DNA of 63,182 nucleotides, filler included, from Octopus bimaculoides (lineage: Eukaryota), in NCBI RefSeq assembly GCF_001194135.2. It is 5 parts of 4 records of this genome, joined end to end, with 100 filler letters (N's around TTAATTAATTAA, not from the genome) between each part and the next. Parts side by side here need not be neighbours in the genome. Positions count along the whole stretch, not along the records: positions 42,244 to 60,573 come from NC_068984.1; positions 60,674 to 63,182 come from NW_026412777.1; 3 more parts are not named here. One strand, given 5' to 3'. Of the stretch, positions 54,194-63,182 are shown in pieces. The translations under genes were made by a program, and so were the position numbers. The notes beneath the pieces were generated by a model that worked only from the letters and a program-made list of their open reading frames with translations, made no database searches and had not been told where the DNA came from. Numbering within the stretch: position 1 is the stretch's first letter; the number at the start of each line of letters is the position of its first letter.

Positions 54194-54300
54194 ACTGAAG
54201 CTCAGGTCTGTGGGTCTGACGCTCAGGTCTGTGGGACCCACGCTCAGGTATATGGGACTGACGCTCAGGTATGTGGGACCGACGCTCAGATTTGTGAGAC
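54194..54300. repeat. 21-bp minisatellite, 5 units (GACGCTCAGGTATGTGGGACT)
   Basis: Read directly. In one frame it encodes (T/S)(E/D/H)AQ(V/I)(C/Y)(G/E) heptads. Confidence 0.92.
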
Positions 54301-54997
54301 TGAAAACTTAAAAGCATATTGTCAAGAAGATTTGTTAACTACACAATCATGTGATCATTGGTGTAGAAATAAGGTAAATATAGGGGGTTAATGATGAAAT
54401 TTCAAGCTGAAACAGTTTGGAAAGGGATTAAAGATCAACTACGTTAATGAAGGAATATATTGCAGTTGTTGTTGTTGTTGTTTATGCAAAGCAGATCTAT
54501 CATTTATCTTATTCCAGTTGAGACCTTGCTGTCATTTTGTTTTTATATGGGAATATATCTAATTATAAATTATCCAATTAAGTCTAATAGTCAAGATGAT
54601 AGGGTGTGATTCAAAGATGATTCAGCTGCTATTTCTAGTAGGTCAGTGAACCTATAGAGGCTCTCACATACTGCATGAATGCAAAGTCACATGTGTAAAG
54701 GCAGTGGGGAGTACAGTGAATAGAATATACCCCAGGATATTACAACACTGAAGCCAAATAAAATGTAAGACAAAGTTGATAATTGTAGAGTTTCAAGTTA
54801 AATAGCAAACAAACCAAACTAAATATTTTAGACTTTTTACAAAGGAGAGCCAGGTGAACAGTCTCTAATATGCCATTGATCTCTGGTTAAGGAGATCATT
54901 TTTGTTTAAAGCCCACAACAGTAAGTCTAAATCCTTTCAATAATATTTCAAAGTCTCTACATCTTTTCACATATTCACTCTTTCATATTTAAACAAT

Positions 54998-55395
54998 AGT
55001 GGTGAGGCAAGACCTTCGAACATTGGGCCTCACCGAGGCGATGACTACTGACCGAGACCTTTGGAAATGTGCTGTGTGTGAGAAGACCCGGCAAGCCAAG
55101 TGAGATCGTTGCCAGTGCCCCTGGACTGGCTCTTGCGTGGGTGGCACATAAAAGACACCATTTTGAGCGTGGCCGTTGCCAGTACCGCCTGACTGGCCTT
55201 CGTGCGGGCGACACGTAAAAGCACCCACTACACTCTCTGAGTGGTTGGCATTAGGAAGGGCATCCAGCTGTAGAAACTCTGCCAAATTAGATTGGAGCCT
55301 GGTGTTGCCATCCGGTTTCACCAGTCCTCAGTCAAATCGTCCAACCCATGCTAGCATGGAAGGCGGACGTTAAACGATGATGATGATGACGATGA
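54998..55395 (+). mobile_element. 5'-truncated RTE-clade LINE (ORF C-terminus, 3' UTR, (GAT)n tail)
   Basis: VVRQDLRTLGLTEAMTTDRDLWKCAVCEKTRQAK* followed by the UTR shared with other tails. A short tandem-repeat tail is typical of RTE. Confidence 0.85.
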
Positions 55396-55879
55396 ATAAT
55401 AATATTTACAGACAAATGAATTTTTAAGGCAAAACAAACATACATTGTGTGTAAAGTAGTTGCTATTGAGAAAGACAATCAGCTGTAGAAACAAACCATG
55501 GAGTGAGATGGAGTCCACCCAGTCATTGGATACTGTAAAAGCTGTCCAACCCATGCCAGCATCAGAAGTGGACATAAAATGGTGATGATGTTAGTGGTGG
55601 TGGTGGTGATGGTCTGGGAGAAGGATTTGTGCCTGTGGTCTTTTGCAGATCCTCTGAATCTTGCCTGAGAAAGGCTCACCTGTACTACACGCTAACGTTA
55701 AACATTTACTGAAAAGCTCAATCATTTTTACAGCCAGGCTTCAAACAAAGAACCAAATTCTAATCCAAGAACTGGTACATTCAGCCATTCTTTCAACACA
55801 TTTTTCTGAGACAAAGTTCCAGAAAATGTTTAAAAGCAGAAATATACAGACTATCATCCATAACCAAAACTATGCACTC

Positions 55880-56075
55880 CTTCATCATCATCATCATCAT
55901 CATTTAACGTCTGTCTTCCATGCTGGCATGGGTTGGATGGTTCGACAGATGTTGGCAAGGCCAGGAGCAGCACTATTGTCTGTATTGGCAAGGTTTCTAC
56001 AGCTGGATGCCCTTCCTAACACAAACCACTTTACGGAATGGCACTGGGTGCTTTTTACATGCCACCAGCACCAAT
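55880..56075 (-). mobile_element. RTE LINE 3'-tail fragment
   Basis: (CAT)n TTTAACGTC..CCATGCTGGCATGGGTTGGA. Similar tails at about 45545, 51853, 52780, 55480 and 59130. Confidence 0.82.
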
Positions 56076-57344
56076 GTATTTCACTGGTGCTGATAAACCA
56101 TTGTAAAGCTATTGAAATTTCAAGAAAGTGTTTAATAGCCATAGAATTTACTGGGTTTACCAAGACAATGTAGAATGCAATGTCTGTATGACAAAGTGTC
56201 ACCACCTACAGCTTGGTGACAGTTATGTCCCTTTGTGCAGGAAAGTAGTTCTACTCTTTGGTGTGATTGAGGCAAGATGTCAACTCTCCTCGCAATGTGT
56301 ACTCCTGAATCGAAGCAATTGAGTAATCTTTTATATGAGATACAACAGGAAGGGTCATGGCTATCACTACACTTCACTGGATAAAGCATGTGACAACATA
56401 ACTATTGTCACAATTTATTTCTGTGACACAGGAATAACTGAAATGAATCAAATGCTGAAACTTACTTCATCACTTTGGTGGAATAAAGGCAGGAATGTAC
56501 TCTCCAAGAGATTGTAAGCATGTTCGTAAGCTCTACAAATACAAAACAATTGTTAAAGAACATGATGACATGAGAGGAGACTTCAATAAAATTAATTTAC
56601 TTTATTATTAGAATAGAAAAACTTACTCTAATAATATTCTAGAATAACTTACTCTAATAATGACAAACACATCTTACTAAATTCTTGATTATCTTCAAAA
56701 ATAATTGAAAGGAAACGTTTCAGGAGAAATATAGCAAGGGATAAAATCTTTGACTTGTAAATTATTTCTTTAGTTGAAGATTTTTATTGTTTAGCTTCTG
56801 GTCATTGAGTAGATCTATGATCAAAAAGCATTCCAACAGTGACCATCTCATGGGGTCTTTTTAGGAGTTTGAAGAACACAATGTCTTATGTATCCTTTCT
56901 TCATTCAAAATGGTGTGATTTGAGGGACATTTTCTTGTTGCCTCTTTCATTGCCTCCCTTAATGGTTTTCAAATAATGTGACCTGTTTCAAAAAATAAGG
57001 TGGGCCCTTAAATGAAGATTTTGAAATAGTGTGGGGCTGACATTCAGTATTTTCCCCAAGACCTTAACTTCATATTTGAAATAAACTGATGGAATGTTAA
57101 GTAGGCTCCTACATGGGATTGAACCCAGGAGTTGATAGCTGTTACCAGTAACAGTAATGAAATAAATAGTGAAGCAATGAGGGAGCCTCTAAATGGTTAC
57201 GCAATCAGAATGGAACTGGAAGTAAGACAAGATTGTCATGTCTGGAATGGCTTTGGTCATAGGCTAAACAACAGCTAAGTACATTGCTATTTGAATTACA
57301 AACTGCAGAACTTTTCAGTTTAAAAGTTTCGTGATTGATAAATG

Positions 57345-58375
57345 TGTAGTGAAACCACCTCTCTCACAGTTATATATACAAACAAATGCGAGCATAGCAG
57401 AAAGCATCTCTTTCCCGCCTGCTGTGTCATCACCTGACTGACTTTTATTTACGCGGCAATTGTCTCCACTCCATTTGCCGCCAGGACGCAAACTGACCAA
57501 CCGTAGCCCCGAATAAGGTCACATGAGAGTGTGTTTTTCTGATGCTTCTCTGGAGCCTATCTGCACCTATGAATAGCCTAAATTATCCGCGGCAATTTGT
57601 CGCGGCTCAGATCCTCACAGATCTGGTCGTTGACCACACGTGTAACACAGCCAGCCAGTATAACACCAATCAGCCAGTCCAGCGACGACATCAACAGCCT
57701 CGTACAACTACGTACTACCAGCATCGTCCCCAGCGTCAACATGACTTCTACACGTACACAAGCTACCAACAGCTAACCAAACAGCAACCGCAGCTTCTCT
57801 TCTCAACTCTGTTTGTATGATTTGTTCACCACGAAATTAACAGCCAGAATTCGACACCTGCGAGAGAACATCTGTATTCAAGAATCCAGCCCGGCATCGA
57901 AGCCCCAACTTCACGACGAGTGACTTAGCTCTGCCTAACGCCTTAACCTCTTACATACAGATTATCAATACTACTGTGTACCCTCAACAGAACTGGTATT
58001 TCCTTATCCGTGTTACTGACTCTTATCTACACTCTGTAACTCTTACATACACTCTTTTGTTTACATGACGGCCTGTCTTACATTGTGTTTTATTATGTCG
58101 CATTCACACTCACACACAGACATACAGTTTTAATGCCCCAATAAATCTTACTGTTATTCATCTTTATCGGTTGCGTTCCTATCTTGTCCTTCCTGGCAAA
58201 CTTCTTAGTTCCCTATTTTATAGTATTATAACCTATCACCATTCTATTTTTGTGTCGACCGTGCGACGTGTTAAAAAAGGAGCCTGTTTTCCATTCGTCA
58301 CCATTTCTCCTTTGGTTCACACGGTCGTTCTTGGATTCTGGCAGGCGTGAAGTGGATTCAATCCACTATGCCACA
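57345..58375 (+). mobile_element. LTR-like element copy 2, apparently complete (solo LTR, about 1030 bp)
   Basis: TG...CA termini (TGTAG/GCCACA), near-TSD AAATG/AATTG, AATAAA at 58140-58145, and homology to 49238-50040. Confidence 0.65.
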
Positions 58376-59479
58376 AATTGGAATCAACACTGCGTCAGAA
58401 CTTTTCCCGCGGTGGAACAACGGTTTTCGAAGCAGTGTCTCCACCACTTGACCCATATTTGAATAGCTAGGCCGAAGCGGTCTCCACCACTTGACCCTTT
58501 TCTGACCTCTTCTACTCCATCTAGAATTGAGGTAAACAAGCTAAATCCTTTGCACTCACTGCCCGGCTTCATGGCTATATAAACAGGACACTCCAAGCAA
58601 ACTTCCTCTTTTTAGTCACCAGCGGTGATGCCTCGACAGCTTGGTCGCTGGTCGGCGGCGACTGGACATCTGAAGCCATGGACACAAGCAGGCATACAAG
58701 CTAGCAATTCCTTTTCTCTATAACCCTATCATCTCTCTCTCTCTACAATTACTGCTATGAAAAGGGTACATACAGATACAGACCTAAATTCCTAACCTTG
58801 CATGTTTTATATACTATTACACTGGCCTACCCGTCGTGGTATGGCAACCTAGAATGTAACGGCAAAAATAAATAATTTCTTATAAAAATGTTGATCATCG
58901 TTCAATCTTATAACCTGTTACATTGGTAACCCTCCAACGTTAACATATTCCTGACGTTACAAATGAAAGACAAGAATTCAAAATATTCTAAGGAGTTTAT
59001 TTTTGATGAAATTTCAGGAGCTTTCTATTGCTTCAAATTTGACAATGTCAAGAGAACTAAACCTCACCAGGCACGACCATCACCACCTTACAAATATCCA
59101 AATCACATGAAAACATCTTTATATTTTATCATCATCATCATCATCATTTAACGTCCATTTTCCATGATGGAATGGATTGGATGGTTTCACCCGAGTAGGG
59201 AAGCTGAAAAGCTGGGCCGAGTTCCAATTGGCTTTGGTTTGGTTTCTACAGCTGGATGCTCTTCCTAACACCAACCACCTTACAGAATGTGTGTGTTGAG
59301 TACCTTTTACAGAACCCAGAATGAATGTTCTTTTTTTTACATGGCAATGGCATGGGTGCTTTTTGCTACCAGGTCAATAACTACCAGTTGAATACTGGTC
59401 TCAGTTAGTTCAACAACAACAACAACATCCTGCCAAAGTCAGCAACTATTATTATTATTATTATTATTATTATTAAAGT

Positions 59480-60060
59480 AGCAAACTGGCCAAACCCTAA
59501 GCAAGTGAAACAAAATGCTTGGCGTTTCATCCATCTTTACGTTCTGAGTCAAAGTTCCACTGAGGTCAACTTTGCCTTTTATCCTTTCAGAGTCAATGAA
59601 ATAAGTACCAGTCATGTACCGGGGTCAATGTAAACAACTTCTCCCCCCCCCCTCAATCAACTGGTCTTCTACCAAAATCTGAAGCCATTATTATGAAGGC
59701 AGAATCATCAGCATTGCTTAGCAACCGAGCTTGGTTCTGCCTTTCGTTGTTTTGGGGGTCAATCAAATGAGTATCGTTTAAGTACCGGGGTCAATGTAAG
59801 TCAACTCAACCTTCCCTCATGTTTCAGGCCTTGTGCCTGTAACAGAAAGAGTTATTATTATTCATTGATTAATTAATTAATTAATTAATTAAGATAGTGG
59901 ATTGGTGAAAAACAGAATACTGGTCAAAATGCTTTCCAGCTGTTCATGTTCTTAGTTCAAACTCTGCTACATTCCAGTTTGTCTCTCATCCCTCCAAGGT
60001 TAATAAGTACTGGGTCAAAGCCCCTCCCCTCGAATTTCTGGCCTGGTCTCTAATTTAAAA
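59480..60060 (+). mobile_element. Cluster of three degraded SINE family B copies
   Basis: Recurring GTTCTGAGTCAAAGTTCCACTGAGGTCAACTTTGCC, AAGTACCGGGGTCAATGTAA and GGCCTTGTGCCT motifs. Confidence 0.7.
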
Positions 60061-60247
60061 GCAATTATCACGATTAAATATTAAAACATTAAAAAATAAA
60101 CAAAAAGAGAAATAACAAAAATCTTACTTGAAAAGTGGAGGAGATGTTCTCAATTTAATCACATTTTGGTAAGGACCATCAACAACTAGAAAGGAATAGA
60201 AAAAAGAAAAGATATACACACACATATATATATACACACACACATAT

Positions 60248-60573
60248 ATGGATGATGGTACGCTTGCACTAAATGAGGATGCAAAGAAAGAGGTCTGGAG
60301 ATGCCACTACGATGGATTGCTTAATAAAGAGAATGAATGGGAGAAAGAGAGCCTGCCGTATGTCGACCCAATAGAGGGACCAGCTATCAGAGTTGATAGT
60401 ACCAGGGTAGATAAAGCAATTAAGAGTATGAAGACCGGGAAAGCCCCCGGCCCATCAGGAATCACTGCAGAGATGCTCAAAATATCTGGCAGTGTTGGCT
60501 ATAGCCTAGTCACCCGTATTACGAACCAGGTGATACACGAAGGAGTCATACCCAATGACTGGTGTAGCAGCAT
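60248..60573 (+). mobile_element. RTE LINE reverse-transcriptase fragment
   Basis: KKEVWRCHYDGLLNKENEW..VDKAIKSMKTGKAPGPSGITAEMLK..IPNDW. Confidence 0.92.
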
Positions 60574-60673
60574 NNNNNNNNNNNNNNNNNNNNNNNNNNN
60601 NNNNNNNNNNNNNNNNNTTAATTAATTAANNNNNNNNNNNNNNNNNNNNNNNNNNNNNNNNNNNNNNNNNNNN
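60574..60673. other. Synthetic scaffold join 44N-TTAATTAATTAA-44N
   Basis: Same 100-bp layout. Confidence 0.9.
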
Positions 60674-60960
60674 ATTCCATTCTTGATCTCACCCTCCAAC
60701 TCCATTGTGGTCTCATTGTTCTCTTTATTTCCTCAATCCAGCTGATTGGAGGCCTTACGAGTGGTCATTTCTGCTCACCAGGTTACAACCACCCGACATC
60801 TGCATGAACCAACGTTTATTGCTCCAACATGCGACATTTCTGGCCCCTCTGAGTTTGTTCAAACGTTATNNNNNNNNNNTGACCTCCTCCAATCCAATCC
60901 TTTCCCTGACCTGCAGATGTAATCTCTCTAAGAGATTCTCCAAACAGGAGGTTCGTGAAT
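60674..60960 (-). mobile_element. Degenerate fragment of a second RTE-like LINE family (C-terminal region)
   Basis: Frame-broken ARNVACWSNKRW and PLVRPPISWIEEI resemble the RTE motif WAGHVAR..RW..GRPP..W.DEI. Confidence 0.55.
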
Positions 60961-61027
60961 AGCTACCCAATGATTTGCACACCACTGTTCTAGTCAGTGT
61001 CTCTGACAACAATTTCAAGATATACTA

Positions 61028-62047
61028 TGAATTGAAATTACCTTGGTAGATAAAGCAATTAAGGGTATCAAGACAGAGAAAGCCCCCTGCTCATCAGGAA
61101 TCACTGCAGAGATGCTTAAAATACCTGGCAGTGTTGACTATAGTCTAGTCACCCGTATTGTTAACCAGGTGATACATAAAGGAGTTATATCTAATGACTG
61201 GTGTAGCAGCACCATAGTCAACTANNNNNNNNNNNNNNNNNNNNNNNTAGATACAAATAATTACAGAGGTATCAAGTTGTTGGATCAGGTAATAAAGGTC
61301 ACGTAGAGGGCTGTAGCCCAACTAATTAGGGAGAGAGTTCGTTTAGATGAGATACAGTTTGGGTTTATGCCAGGGAAAAGCACTACTAATGCTATATTTC
61401 TGGTAAGATAGCTGCAGGAGAAATATCTAGTCAAAGATAAACCTCTGTACCTAGCTTTCATTGACATGGTGAAAGCCTCTGACAGGGTACCCCGGTCCCT
61501 TATCTGGTGGTCAATGTGGAAACTAGGGATAGATGAGTGGTTAGNNNNNNNNNNNNNNNNNNNNNNNNNNNNNNNTGTCAGTAAAGTGAGGGTTGGCAAC
61601 GAGTACAGTGAAGAATTCCAGGTAGGGGTAGAGGTCTACCAAAGATCAGTCCTCATCCCCCGCTTATTCATCACAGTCCTCCCAGCAATAACAGAAGAAT
61701 TCAAGACAGGATGCCCCTGGGAGCTTCTCATTGATGATGGCTTTGCTCTAAGAGCTGAGTGACTATCAGAACTAGAGGAGTTTTAGATGTGTAAGTAAGG
61801 TCTCGAATCAAAGGGCCTTAGAGTTAATNNNNNNNNNNNNNNNNNNNNNNNNNNNNNNNNNNNNNNNNNNNNNNNNNNNNNNNNNNNNNNNNNNNNNNNN
61901 NNNNNNNNNNNTCGATCTGTAGAAAACATGCAGGTAGAAACTCCATAAGATGTACCCAGTGTAAGAGGTGTAGCAATATGAAAGGAAGGCTAACTGAGAA
62001 GATAGTTTTTGTGTGTGGTAAATGCTCAGGAGCAATAAACACTGAAA
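61028..62047 (+). mobile_element. RTE LINE reverse transcriptase, degenerate and gapped
   Basis: VDKAIKGIKTEKAP, NNYRGIKLL, QFGFMPGKSTTNAIF, KASDRVPR, CPWELL, VCGKC. Confidence 0.92.
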
Positions 62048-62737
62048 NNNNNNNNNNNNNNNNNNNNNNNNNNNNNNNNNNNNNNNNNNNNNNNNNNNNN
62101 NNNNNNNNNNNNNNNNNNNNNNNNNNNNNNNNNNNNNNNNNNNNNNNNNNNNNNNNNNNNNNNNNNNNNNNNNNNNNNNNNNNNNNNNNNNNNNNNNNNN
62201 NNNNNNNNNNNNNNNNNNNNNNNNNNNNNNNNNNNNNNNNNNNNNNNNNNNNNNNNNNNNNNNNNNNNNNNNNNNNNNNNNNNNNNNNNNNNNNNNNNNN
62301 NNNNNNNNNNNNNNNNNNNNNNNNNNNNNNNNNNNNNNNNNNNNNNNNNNNNNNNNNNNNNNNNNNNNNNNNNNNNNNNNNNNNNNNNNNNNNNNNNNNN
62401 NNNNNNNNNNNNNNNNNNNNNNNNNNNNNNNNNNNNNNNNNNNNNNNNNNNNNNNNNNNNNNNNNNNNNNNNNNNNNNNNNNNNNNNNNNNNNNNNNNNN
62501 NNNNNNNNNNNNNNNNNNNNNNNNNNNNNNNNNNNNNNNNNNNNNNNNNNNNNNNNNNNNNNNNNNNNNNNNNNNNNNNNNNNNNNNNNNNNNNNNNNNN
62601 NNNNNNNNNNNNNNNNNNNNNNNNNNNNNNNNNNNNNNNNNNNNNNNNNNNNNNNNNNNNNNNNNNNNNNNNNNNNNNNNNNNNNNNNNNNNNNNNNNNN
62701 NNNNNNNNNNNNNNNNNNNNNNNNNNNNNNNNNNNAC

Positions 62738-62842
62738 CTTTGGAGATATGCTGTGCTTGAGAAGACCCGGCAAGCCAAGAGAGACTGTAACCGTAATCTA
62801 TGCCAGTGCAGCATAACCGGCCCCTTTAAGTGCACCCTTGAA
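62738..62842 (+). mobile_element. RTE LINE ORF end and start of 3' UTR
   Basis: CTTTGGAGATATGCTGTGCTTGAGAAGACCCGGCAAGCCAAG matches 55063-55100. Confidence 0.8.
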
Positions 62843-62844
62843 GC

Positions 62845-63123
62845 ATTGGAAGCTTGGAGAAGACAGTAGAATTGACACGAAGCACACCCTCTCTTGGACA
62901 CAAGACCACTATATCACATCNNNNNNNNNNNNNNNNNNNNNNNNNNNNNNNNNNNNNNNNNNNNNNNNNNNNNNNNNNNNNNNNNNNNNNNNNNNNNNNN
63001 NNNNNNNNNNNNNNNNNNNNNNNNNNNNNNNNNNNNNNNNNNNNNNNNNNNNNNNNNNNNNNNNNNNNNNNNTTTCTGTGGAAGACATCACGCATGTGAT
63101 TAGCAGCTGTCCTAAAATGCCGC
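62845..63123 (+). mobile_element. R4/Dong-like non-LTR retrotransposon fragment
   Basis: DTKHTLSWTQDHYIT and VEDITHVISSCPKM match the post-RT and CCHC finger region of restriction-like-endonuclease LINEs. Confidence 0.55.
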
Positions 63124-63182
63124 TAAAACAATTTACAATGCCATCTGCAATAAAGACTGTCCTAAAATAAACTTTGAAAATC

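Overview
This is eukaryotic, AT-rich, repeat-dense DNA with many N gaps. The tRNA-derived SINEs, RTE LINE tails, mariner/Tc1 relics and dense microsatellites point to an octopus-like cephalopod draft assembly (inference). I recognise no intact host protein-coding gene, no rRNA/tRNA gene and no CRISPR array. Almost all ORFs in the supplied track are artefacts of microsatellites, gaps or transposons. Well supported: four mariner/Tc1 relics, RTE- and R4/Dong-type LINE fragments, three SINE families (two nested insertions, one with a 12-bp TSD), two copies of an LTR-like element, MITE-like inverted repeats, three minisatellites, and four synthetic 100-bp scaffold joins (44N-TTAATTAATTAA-44N). Tentative: (i) a minus-strand chain of exon-like segments (24.2 kb to 3.2 kb) with a phase-compatible frame interrupted only by TGA codons; (ii) plus-strand exon-like segments at 36.5-56.5 kb, two of which join into a kinase-hinge-like motif; (iii) a switch in CpG decay of same-family SINEs near 31.6 kb, suggesting the right half is a methylated gene body; (iv) a perfect 47-bp inverted repeat beside an LTR-like promoter. 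All of these need RNA-seq or homology checks.
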